The notes beneath the pieces are model-generated. The model saw only the letters and a list, made by a program, of their open reading frames with translations. It was not told where the DNA came from and did no database searches. Of a stretch of DNA of 64,000 bases, positions 1 to 13,100 are shown piece after piece. The stretch's first letter is position 1, and each line of letters opens with the position of its first letter. The stretch comes from Auanema rhodensis (lineage: Eukaryota > Animalia > Nematoda): NCBI GenBank assembly GCA_964057225.1, contig OZ059896.1:18972001-19036000 (forward strand), written 5' to 3'. The position numbers and the translations under genes were made by a program.

Positions 1-3000
1 CTTATATCAGTTGATATCTCGGTGCATTTTTAAGCTAGCGCAAATCTCATAACACAGATCGACGCAGCTTAAAAATCCGCATCGAATGCACTATACTACA
101 TTGAGAAACGCTTAATACAAAAATTAGTTATGATCGTTTGAAAAATGATGCATTAGTGTATGTTGAGTTTCCATGTACACTCAACATTGCTTCCAAAAAC
201 ATTTTGACAAAAATTTTTTCGAAAAATTTCAAAATAATTTAGCAAAAAGTAGATGTTTTTAGATTCTTTTTTTCAAGGCAAAGACGATGGACAATGTTAT
301 TCAACGAAAAAATTAATTCTTCAGGGTGAAAATCGAGGATATAAGTGTGAACTTATATCAGTTGATATCTCGGTGCATTTTTAAGCTAGCGCAAATCTCA
401 TAACACAGATCGACGCAGCTTAAAAATCCGCATCGAATGCACTTTACTACATTGAGAAACGCTTAATACAAAAATTAGTTACGATCGTTTGAAAAATGAT
501 GCATTAGTGTATGTTGAGTTTCCATGTACACTCAACATTGCTTCCAAAAACATTTTGACAAAAATTTTTTCGAAAAATTTCAAAATAATTTAGCAAAAAG
601 TAGTTGTTTTTAGATTCCTTTTTTCAAGGCAAAGACGATGGACAATGTTATTCAATAAAAAAATTAATTCTTCAAGGTGAAAATCGAGGATATAAGTGTG
701 AACTTATATCAGTTGATATCTCGGTGCATTTTTAAGCTAGCGCAAATCTGATAACACAGATCGACGCAACTTAAAAATCCGCATCGAATGCACTATACTA
801 CATTGAGAAACGCTTGATACAAAAATTAGTTATGATCGTTTGAAAAATGATGCTTTAAAGTATGTTGAGTTTCCATGTACACTCAACATTGCTTCCAAAA
901 ACATTTTGACAAAAATTTTTTCGAAAAATTTCAAGATAATTTAGCGAAAAGTAGATGTTTTTAGATTCTTTTTTTCAAGGCAAAGACGATGGACAATGTT
1001 ATTCAACGAAAAAATTAATTCTTCAGGGTGAAAATCGAGGATATAAGTGTGAACTTATATCAGTTGATATCTCGGTGCATTTTTAAGCTAGCGCAAATCT
1101 GATAACACAGATCGACGCAGCTTAAAAATCCGCATCGAATGCACTATACTACATTGAAAAACGCTTAATACAAAAATTAGTTATGATCGTTTGAAAAATG
1201 ATGCTTTAGTGTATGTTGAGTTTCCATGTACACTCAACATTGCTTCCAAAAACATTTTGACAAAAATTTTTTCGAAAATTTTCAGAATAATTTAGCAAAA
1301 AGTAGATGTTTTCAGATTCCTTTTTTCAAGGCAAAGACGATGGACAATGTTATTCAACGAAAAAATTAATTCTTCAGGGTGAAAATCGAGGATATAAGTG
1401 TGAACTTATATCAGTTGATATCTCGGTGCATTTTTAAGCTAGCGCAAATCTGATAACACAGATCGACGCAGCTTAAAAATCCGCATCGAATGCACTATAC
1501 TACATTGAAAAACGCTTAATACAAAAATTAGTTATGATCGTTTGAAAAATGATGCTTTAGTGTATGTTGAGTTTCCATGTACACTCAACATTGCTTCCAA
1601 AAACATTTTGACAAAAATTTTTTCGAAAATTTTCAGAATAATTTAGCAAAAAGTAGATGTTTTCAGATTCCTTTTTTCAAGGCAAAGACGATGGACAATG
1701 TTATTCAACGAAAAAATTAATTCTTCAGGGTGAAAATCGAGGATATAAGTGTGAACTTATATCAGTTGATATCTCGGTGCATTTTTAAGCTAGCGCAAAT
1801 CTGATAACACAGATCGACGCAGCTTAAAAATCCGCATCGAATGCACTATACTACATTGAGAAACGCTTAATACAAAAATTAGTTATGATCGTTTGAAAAA
1901 TGATGCATTAGTGTATGTTGAGTTTCCATGTACACTCAACATTGCTTCCAAAAACATTTTGACAAAAATTTTTTCGAAAAATTTCAAAATAATTTAGCAA
2001 AAAGTAGATGTTTTTAGATTCCTTTTTTCAAGGCAAAGACGATGGACAATGTTATTCAATGAAAAAATTAATTTTTCAGGGTGAAAATCGAGGATATAAG
2101 TGTGAACTTATATCAGTTGATATCTCGGTGCATTTTTAAGCTAGCGCAAATCTGATAACACAGATCGACGCAGCTTAAAAATCCGCATCGAATGCACTAT
2201 ACTACATTGAGAAACGCTTAATACAAAAATTAGTTATGATCGTTTGAAAAATGATGCATTAGTGTATGTTGAGTTTCCATGTACACTCAACATTGCTTCC
2301 AAAAACATTTTGACAAAAAGTTTTTCGAAAAATTTCAAAATAATTTAGCAAAAAGTAGATGTTTTCAGATTCCTTTTTTCAAGGCAAAGACGATGGACAA
2401 TGTTATTCAACAAAAAAATTAGTTCTTCAGGGTGAAAATCGAGTATATAAGTGTGAACTTATATCAGTTGATATCTCGGTGCATTTTTAAGCTAGCGCAA
2501 ATCTGATAACACAGATCGACGCAGCTTAAAAATCCGCATCGAATGCACTATACTACATTGAGAAACGCTTAATACAAAAATTAGTTATGATCGTTTGAAA
2601 AATGATGCATTAGTGTATGTTGAGTTTCCATGTACACTCAACATTGCTTCCAAAAACATTTTGACAAAAATTTTTTCGAAACTTTTCAGAATAATTTAGC
2701 AAAAAGTAGATGTTTTCAGATTCCTTTTTTCAAGGCAAAGACGATGGACAATGTTATTCAACGAAAAAATTAATTCTTCAGGGTGAAAATCGAGGATATA
2801 AGTGTGAACTTATATCAGTTGATATCTCGGTGCATTATTAAGCTAGCGCAAATCTGATAACACAGATCGATGCAGCTTAAAAATCCGCATCGAATGCACT
2901 ATACTACATTGAGAAACGCTTAATACAAAAATTAGTTATGATCGTTTGAAAAATGATGCATTAGTGTATGTTGAGTTTCCATGTACACTCAACATTGCTT

Positions 3001-5615
3001 CCAAAAACATTTTGACAAAAATTTTTTCGAAAAATTTCAAAATAATTTAGCAAAAAGTAGATGTTTTTAGATTCCTTTTTTCAAGGCAAAGACGATGGAC
3101 AATGTTATTCAATGAAAAAATTAATTCTTCAGGGTGAAAATCGAGGATATAAGTGTGAACTTATATCAGTTGATATCTCGGTGCATTTTTAAGCTAGCGC
3201 AAATCTCATAACACAGATCGACGCAGCTTAAAAATCCGCATCGAATGCACTATACTACATTGAGAAACGCTTAATACAAAAATTAGTTATGATCGTTTGA
3301 AAAATGATGCATTAGTGTATGTTGAGTTTCCATGTACACTCAACATTGCTTCCAAAAACATTTTGACAAAAATTTTTTCGAAAAATTTCAAGATAATTTA
3401 GCGAAAAGTAGATGTTTTTAGATTCTTTTTTTCAAGGCAAAGACGATGGACAATGTTATTCAACGAAAAAATTAATTCTTCAGGGTGAAAATCGAGGATA
3501 TAAGTGTGAACTTATATCAGTTGATATCTCGGTGCATTTTTAAGCTAGCGCAAATCTCATAACACAGATCGACGCAGCTTAAAAATCCGCATCGAATGCA
3601 CTTTACTACATTGAGAAACGCTTAATACAAAAATTAGTTATGATCGTTTGAAAAATGATGCATTAGTGTATGTTGAGTTTCCATGTACACTCAACATTGC
3701 TTCCAAAAACATTTTGACAAAAATTTTTTCGAAAAATTTTAAAATAATTTAGCAAAAAGTAGTTGTTTTTAGATTCCTTTTTTCAAGGCAAAGACGATGG
3801 ACAATGTTATTCAATAAAAAAATTAATTCTTCAGGGTGAAAATCGAGGATATAAGTGTGAACTTATATCAGTTGATATCTCGGTGCATTTTTAAGCTAGC
3901 GCAAATCTGATAACACAGATCGACGCAGCTTAAAAATCCGCATCGAATGCACTATACTACATTGAGAAACGCTTGATACAAAAATTAGTTATGATCGTTT
4001 GAAAAATGATGCTTTAAAGTATGTTGAGTTTCCATGTACACTCAACATTGCTTCCAAAAACATTTTGACAAAAATTTTTTCGAAAAATTTCAAGATAATT
4101 TAGCGAAAAGTAGATGTTTTTAGATTTTTTTTTTCAAGGCAAAGACGATGGACAATGTTATTCAACGAAAAAATTAATTCTTCAGGGTGAAAATCGAGGA
4201 TATAAGTGTGAACTTATATCAGTTGATATCTCGGTGCATTTTTAAGCTAGCGCAAATCTGATAACACAGATCGACGCAGCTTAAAAATCCGCATCGAATG
4301 CACTATACTACATTGAGAAACGCTTAATACAAAAATTAGTTATGATCGTTTGAAAAATGATGCATAGTGTATGTTGAGTTTCCATGTACACTCAACATTG
4401 CTTCCAAAAACATTTTGACAAAAATTTTTTCGAAAAATTTCAAGATAATTTAGCGAAAAGTAGATGTTTTTAGATTCTTTTTTTCAAGGCAAAGACGATG
4501 GACAATGTTATTCAACGAAAAAATTAATTCTTCAGGGTGAAAATCGAGGATATAAGTGTGAACTTATATCAGTTGATATCTCGGTGCATTTTTAAGCTAG
4601 CGCAAATCTCATAACACAGATCGACGCAGCTTAAAAATCCGCATCGAATGCACTTTACTACATTGAGAAACGCTTAATACAAAAATTAGTTACGATCGTT
4701 TGAAAAATGATGCATTAGTGTATGTTGAGTTTCCATGTACACTCAACATTGCTTCCAAAAACATTTTGACAAAAATTTTTTCGAAAAATTTCAAAATAAT
4801 TTAGCAAAAAGTAGTTGTTTTTAGATTCCTTTTTTCAAGGCAAAGACGATGGACAATGTTATTCAATAAAAAAATTAATTCTTCAGGGTGAAAATCGAGG
4901 ATATAAGTGTGAACTTATATCAGTTGATATCTCGGTGCATTTTTAAGCTAGCGCAAATCTGATAACACAGATCGACGCAACTTAAAAATCCGCATCGAAT
5001 GCACTATACTACATTGAGAAACGCTTGATACAAAAATTAGTTATGATCGTTTGAAAAATGATGCTTTAAAGTATGTTGAGTTTCCATGTACACTCAACAT
5101 TGCTTCCAAAAACATTTTGACAAAAATTTTTTCGAAAATTTTCAGAATAATTTAGCAAAAAGTAGATGTTTTCAGATTCCTTTTTTCAAGGCAAAGACGA
5201 TGGACAATGTTATTCAACGAAAAAATTAATTCTTCAGGGTGAAAATCGAGGATATAAGTGTGAACTTATATCAGTTGATATCTCGGTGCATTTTTAAGCT
5301 AGCGCAAATCTGATAACACAGATCGATGCAGCTTAAAAATCTGCATCGAATGCACTATACTACATTGAGAAACGCTTAATACAAAAATTAGTTATGATCG
5401 TTTGAAAAATGATGCATTAGTGTATGTTGAGTTTCCATGTACACTCAACATTGCTTCCAAAAACATTTTGACAAAAATTTTTTCGAAAAATTTCAAGATA
5501 ATTTAGCGAAAAGTAGATGTTTTTAGATTCTTTTTTTCAAGGCAAAGACGATGGACAATGTTATTCAACGAAAAAATTAATTCTTCAGGGTGAAAATCGA
5601 GGATATAAGTGTGAA

Positions 5616-8600
5616 CTTATATCAGTTGATATCTCGGTGCATTTTTAAGCTAGCGCAAATCTCATAACACAGATCGACCCAGCTTAAAAATCCGCATCGA
5701 ATGCACTTTACTACATTCAGAAACGCTTAATACAAAAATTAGTTACGATCGTTTGAAAAATGATGCATTAGTGTATGTTGAGTTTCCATGTACACTCAAC
5801 ATTGCTTCCAAAAACATTTTGACAAAAATTTTTTCGAAAAATTTTAAAATAATTTAGCAAAAAGTAGTTGTTTTTAGATTCCTTTTTTCAAGGCAAAGAC
5901 GATGGACAATGTTATTCAATAAAAAAATTAATTCTTCAGGGTGAAAATCGAGGATATAAGTGTGAACTTATATCAGTTGATATCTCGGTGCATTTTTAAG
6001 CTAGCGCAAATCTCATAACACAGATCGACGCAGCTTAAAAATCCGCATCGAATGCACTATACTACATTGAGAAACGCTTAATACAAAAATTAGTTATGAT
6101 CGTTTGAAAAATGATGCATTAGTGTATGTTGAGTTTCCATGTACACTCAACATTGCTTCCAAAAACATTTTGACAAAAATTTTTTCGAAAAATTTCAAAA
6201 TAATTTAGCAAAAAGTAGATGTTTTTAGATTCTTTTTTTCAAGGCAAAGACGATGGACAATGTTATTCAACGAAAAAATTAATTCTTCAGGGTGAAAATC
6301 GAGGATATAAGTGTGAACTTATATCAGTTGATATCTCGGTGCATTTTTAAGCTAGCGCAAATCTCATAACACAGATCGACGCAGCTTAAAAATCCGCATC
6401 GAATGCACTTTACTACATTGAGAAACGCTTAATACAAAAATTAGTTACGATCGTTTGAAAAATGATGCATTAGTGTATGTTGAGTTTCCATGTACACTCA
6501 ACATTGCTTCCAAAAACATTTTGACAAAAATTTTTTCGAAAAATTTCAAAATAATTTAGCAAAAAGTAGTTGTTTTTAGATTCCTTTTTTCAAGGCAAAG
6601 ACGATGGACAATGTTATTCAATAAAAAAATTAATTCTTCAAGGTGAAAATCGAGGATATAAGTGTGAACTTATATCAGTTGATATCTCGGTGCATTTTTA
6701 AGCTAGCGCAAATCTGATAACACAGATCGACGCAACTTAAAAATCCGCATCGAATGCACTATACTACATTGAGAAACGCTTGATACAAAAATTAGTTATG
6801 ATCGTTTGAAAAATGATGCTTTAAAGTATGTTGAGTTTCCATGTACACTCAACATTGCTTCCAAAAACATTTTGACAAAAATTTTTTCGAAAAATTTCAA
6901 GATAATTTAGCGAAAAGTAGATGTTTTTAGATTCTTTTTTTCAAGGCAAAGACGATGGACAATGTTATTCAACGAAAAAATTAATTCTTCAGGGTGAAAA
7001 TCGAGGATATAAGTGTGAACTTATATCAGTTGATATCTCGGTGCATTTTTAAGCTAGCGCAAATCTGATAACACAGATCGACGCAGCTTAAAAATCCGCA
7101 TCGAATGCACTATACTACATTGAAAAACGCTTAATACAAAAATTAGTTATGATCGTTTGAAAAATGATGCTTTAGTGTATGTTGAGTTTCCATGTACACT
7201 CAACATTGCTTCCAAAAACATTTTGACAAAAATTTTTTCGAAAATTTTCAGAATAATTTAGCAAAAAGTAGATGTTTTCAGATTCCTTTTTTCAAGGCAA
7301 AGACGATGGACAATGTTATTCAACGAAAAAATTAATTCTTCAGGGTGAAAATCGAGGATATAAGTGTGAACTTATATCAGTTGATATCTCGGTGCATTTT
7401 TAAGCTAGCGCAAATCTGATAACACAGATCGACGCAGCTTAAAAATCCGCATCGAATGCACTATACTACATTGAAAAACGCTTAATACAAAAATTAGTTA
7501 TGATCGTTTGAAAAATGATGCTTTAGTGTATGTTGAGTTTCCATGTACACTCAACATTGCTTCCAAAAACATTTTGACAAAAATTTTTTCGAAAATTTTC
7601 AGAATAATTTAGCAAAAAGTAGATGTTTTCAGATTCCTTTTTTCAAGGCAAAGACGATGGACAATGTTATTCAACGAAAAAATTAATTCTTCAGGGTGAA
7701 AATCGAGGATATAAGTGTGAACTTATATCAGTTGATATCTCGGTGCATTTTTAAGCTAGCGCAAATCTGATAACACAGATCGACGCAGCTTAAAAATCCG
7801 CATCGAATGCACTATACTACATTGAGAAACGCTTAATACAAAAATTAGTTATGATCGTTTGAAAAATGATGCATTAGTGTATGTTGAGTTTCCATGTACA
7901 CTCAACATTGCTTCCAAAAACATTTTGACAAAAATTTTTTCGAAAAATTTCAAGATAATTTAGCGAAAAGTAGATGTTTTTAGATTCTTTTTTTCAAGGC
8001 AAAGACGATGGACAATGTTATTCAACGAAAAAATTAATTCTTCAGGGTGAAAATCGAGGATATAAGTGTGAACTTATATCAGTTGATATCTCGGTGCATT
8101 TTTAAGCTAGCGCAAATCTCATAACACAGATCGACCCAGCTTAAAAATCCGCATCGAATGCACTTTACTACATTCAGAAACGCTTAATACAAAAATTAGT
8201 TACGATCGTTTGAAAAATGATGCATTAGTGTATGTTGAGTTTCCATGTACACTCAACATTGCTTCCAAAAACATTTTGACAAAAATTTTTTCGAAAAATT
8301 TTAAAATAATTTAGCAAAAAGTAGTTGTTTTTAGATTCCTTTTTTCAAGGCAAAGACGATGGACAATGTTATTCAATAAAAAAATTAATTCTTCAGGGTG
8401 AAAATCGAGGATATAAGTGTGAACTTATATCAGTTGATATCTCGGTGCATTTTTAAGCTAGCGCAAATCTCATAACACAGATCGACGCAGCTTAAAAATC
8501 CGCATCGAATGCACTATACTACATTGAGAAACGCTTAATACAAAAATTAGTTATGATCGTTTGAAAAATGATGCATTAGTGTATGTTGAGTTTCCATGTA

Positions 8601-10178
8601 CACTCAACATTGCTTCCAAAAACATTTTGACAAAAATTTTTTCGAAAAATTTCAAAATAATTTAGCAAAAAGTAGATGTTTTTAGATTCTTTTTTTCAAG
8701 GCAAAGACGATGGACAATGTTATTCAACGAAAAAATTAATTCTTCAGGGTGAAAATCGAGGATATAAGTGTGAACTTATATCAGTTGATATCTCGGTGCA
8801 TTTTTAAGCTAGCGCAAATCTCATAACACAGATCGACGCAGCTTAAAAATCCGCATCGAATGCACTTTACTACATTGAGAAACGCTTAATACAAAAATTA
8901 GTTACGATCGTTTGAAAAATGATGCATTAGTGTATGTTGAGTTTCCATGTACACTCAACATTGCTTCCAAAAACATTTTGACAAAAATTTTTTCGAAAAA
9001 TTTCAAAATAATTTAGCAAAAAGTAGTTGTTTTTAGATTCCTTTTTTCAAGGCAAAGACGATGGACAATGTTATTCAATAAAAAAATTAATTCTTCAAGG
9101 TGAAAATCGAGGATATAAGTGTGAACTTATATCAGTTGATATCTCGGTGCATTTTTAAGCTAGCGCAAATCTGATAACACAGATCGACGCAACTTAAAAA
9201 TCCGCATCGAATGCACTATACTACATTGAGAAACGCTTGATACAAAAATTAGTTATGATCGTTTGAAAAATGATGCTTTAAAGTATGTTGAGTTTCCATG
9301 TACACTCAACATTGCTTCCAAAAACATTTTGACAAAAATTTTTTCGAAAAATTTCAAGATAATTTAGCGAAAAGTAGATGTTTTTAGATTCTTTTTTTCA
9401 AGGCAAAGACGATGGACAATGTTATTCAACGAAAAAATTAATTCTTCAGGGTGAAAATCGAGGATATAAGTGTGAACTTATATCAGTTGATATCTCGGTG
9501 CATTTTTAAGCTAGCGCAAATCTGATAACACAGATCGACGCAGCTTAAAAATCCGCATCGAATGCACTATACTACATTGAAAAACGCTTAATACAAAAAT
9601 TAGTTATGATCGTTTGAAAAATGATGCTTTAGTGTATGTTGAGTTTCCATGTACACTCAACATTGCTTCCAAAAACATTTTGACAAAAATTTTTTCGAAA
9701 ATTTTCAGAATAATTTAGCAAAAAGTAGATGTTTTCAGATTCCTTTTTTCAAGGCAAAGACGATGGACAATGTTATTCAACGAAAAAATTAATTCTTCAG
9801 GGTGAAAATCGAGGATATAAGTGTGAACTTATATCAGTTGATATCTCGGTGCATTTTTAAGCTAGCGCAAATCTGATAACACAGATCGACGCAGCTTAAA
9901 AATCCGCATCGAATGCACTATACTACATTGAAAAACGCTTAATACAAAAATTAGTTATGATCGTTTGAAAAATGATGCTTTAGTGTATGTTGAGTTTCCA
10001 TGTACACTCAACATTGCTTCCAAAAACATTTTGACAAAAATTTTTTCGAAAATTTTCAGAATAATTTAGCAAAAAGTAGATGTTTTCAGATTCCTTTTTT
10101 CAAGGCAAAGACGATGGACAATGTTATTCAACGAAAAAATTAATTCTTCAGGGTGAAAATCGAGGATATAAGTGTGAA
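5616..10178. repeat. Higher-order repeat, 7-mer (2457 bp) tandem duplication; its monomers also match monomers 1-5 at the window start
   Basis: Private variant GACCC at 5676 and 8133 (2457 apart). The TCAAGGTG variant occurs at 675, 6641 and 9098. Confidence 0.9.
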
Positions 10179-13100
10179 CTTATATCAGTTGATATCTCGG
10201 TGCATTTTTAAGCTAGCGCAAATCTGATAACACAGATCGACGCAGCTTAAAAATCCGCATCGAATGCACTATACTACATTGAGAAACGCTTAATACAAAA
10301 ATTAGTTATGATCGTTTGAAAAATGATGCATTAGTGTATGTTGAGTTTCCATGTACACTCAACATTGCTTCCAAAAACATTTTGACAAAAATTTTTTCGA
10401 AAAATTTCAAAATAATTTAGCAAAAAGTAGATGTTTTTAGATTCCTTTTTTCAAGGCAAAGACGATGGACAATGTTATTCAATGAAAAAATTAATTTTTC
10501 AGGGTGAAAATCGAGGATATAAGTGTGAACTTATATCAGTTGATATCTCGGTGCATTTTTAAGCTAGCGCAAATCTGATAACACAGATCGACGCAGCTTA
10601 AAAATCCGCATCGAATGCACTATACTACATTGAGAAACGCTTAATACAAAAATTAGTTATGATCGTTTGAAAAATGATGCATTAGTGTATGTTGAGTTTC
10701 CATGTACACTCAACATTGCTTCCAAAAACATTTTGACAAAAAGTTTTTCGAAAAATTTCAAAATAATTTAGCAAAAAGTAGATGTTTTCAGATTCCTTTT
10801 TTCAAGGCAAAGACGATGGACAATGTTATTCAACAAAAAAATTAGTTCTTCAGGGTGAAAATCGAGTATATAAGTGTGAACTTATATCAGTTGATATCTC
10901 GGTGCATTTTTAAGCTAGCGCAAATCTGATAACACAGATCGACGCAGCTTAAAAATCCGCATCGAATGCACTATACTACATTGAGAAACGCTTAATACAA
11001 AAATTAGTTATGATCGTTTGAAAAATGATGCATTAGTGTATGTTGAGTTTCCATGTACACTCAACATTGCTTCCAAAAACATTTTGACAAAAAGTTTTTC
11101 GAAAAATTTCAAAATAATTTAGCAAAAAGTAGATGTTTTCAGATTCCTTTTTTCAAGGCAAAGACGATGGACAATGTTATTCAACAAAAAAATTAGTTCT
11201 TCAGGGTGAAAATCGAGTATATAAGTGTGAACTTATATCAGTTGATATCTCGGTGCATTTTTAAGCTAGCGCAAATCTGATAACACAGATCGACGCAGCT
11301 TAAAAATCCGCATCGAATGCACTATACTACATTGAGAAACGCTTAATACAAAAATTAGTTATGATCGTTTGAAAAATGATGCATTAGTGTATGTTGAGTT
11401 TCCATGTACACTCAACATTGCTTCCAAAAACATTTTGACAAAAATTTTTTCGAAAAATTTCAAAATAATTTAGCAAAAAGTAGATGTTTTTAGATTCCTT
11501 TTTTCAAGGCAAAGACGGTGGACAATGTTATTCAATGAAAAAATTAATTCTTCAGGGTGAAAATCGAGGATATAAGTGTGAACTTATATCAGTTGATATC
11601 TCGGTGCATTTTTAAGCTAGCGCAAATCTGATAACACAGATCGACGCAGCTTAAAAATCCGCATCGAATGCACTATACTACATTGAGAAACGCTTAATAC
11701 AAAAATTAGTTATGATCGTTTGAAAAATGATGCATTAGTGTATGTTGAGTTTACATGTACACTCAACATTGCTTCCAAAAACATTTTGACAAAAATTTTT
11801 TCGAAAAATTTCAAAATAATTTAGCGAAAAGTAGATGTTTTTAGATTCTTTTTTTCAAGGCAAAGACGATGGACAATGTTATTCAACGAAAAAATTAATT
11901 CTTCAGGGTGAAAATCGAGGATATAAGTGTGAACTTATATCAGTTGATATCTCGGTGCATTTTTAAGCTAGCGCAAATCTCATAACACAGATCGACGCAG
12001 CTTAAAAATCCGCATCGAATGCACTATACTACATTGAGAAACGCTTAATACAAAAATTAGTTATGATCGTTTGAAAAATGATGCATTAGTGTATGTTGAG
12101 TTTCCATGTACACTCAACATTGCTTCCAAAAACATTTTGACAAAAAGTTTTTCGAAAAATTTCAAAATAATTTAGCAAAAAGTAGATGTTTTCAGATTCC
12201 TTTTTTCAAGGCAAAGACGATGGACAATGTTATTCAACAAAAAAATTAGTTCTTCAGGGTGAAAATCGAGTATATAAGTGTGAACTTATATCAGTTGATA
12301 TCTCGGTGCATTTTTAAGCTAGCGCAAATCTGATAACACAGATCGACGCAGCTTAAAAATCCGCATCGAATGCACTATACTACATTGAGAAACGCTTAAT
12401 ACAAAAATTAGTTATGATCGTTTGAAAAATGATGCATTAGTGTATGTTGAGTTTCCATGTACACTCAACATTGCTTCCAAAAACATTTTGACAAAAAGTT
12501 TTTCGAAAAATTTCAAAATAATTTAGCAAAAAGTAGATGTTTTCAGATTCCTTTTTTCAAGGCAAAGACGATGGACAATGTTATTCAACAAAAAAATTAG
12601 TTCTTCAGGGTGAAAATCGAGTATATAAGTGTGAACTTATATCAGTTGATATCTCGGTGCATTTTTAAGCTAGCGCAAATCTGATAACACAGATCGACGC
12701 AGCTTAAAAATCCGCATCGAATGCACTATACTACATTGAGAAACGCTTAATACAAAAATTAGTTATGATCGTTTGAAAAATGATGCATTAGTGTATGTTG
12801 AGTTTCCATGTACACTCAACATTGCTTCCAAAAACATTTTGACAAAAATTTTTTCGAAAAATTTCAAAATAATTTAGCAAAAAGTAGATGTTTTTAGATT
12901 CCTTTTTTCAAGGCAAAGACGGTGGACAATGTTATTCAATGAAAAAATTAATTCTTCAGGGTGAAAATCGAGGATATAAGTGTGAACTTATATCAGTTGA
13001 TATCTCGGTGCACTTTTAAGCTAGCGCAAATCTGATAACACAGATCGACGCAGCTTAAAAATCCGCATCGAATGCACTATACTACATTGAGAAACGCTTA

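Noticed and set aside
217-233. CENP-B box
   Set aside because: TTCG....A is present but the required CGGG half is missing.
1-351. 5S rRNA, tRNA, snRNA or spliced-leader tandem gene array
   Set aside because: I recognise no 5S, tRNA cloverleaf or snRNA sequence on either strand. An Rfam/Infernal scan would be the formal test.
1-351. Monomer as a diverged dimer of ~175-bp subunits, or assignment to a named satellite family/species
   Set aside because: I see no convincing direct similarity between the halves. A similar length to known ~350-360 bp satellites is not evidence of identity.
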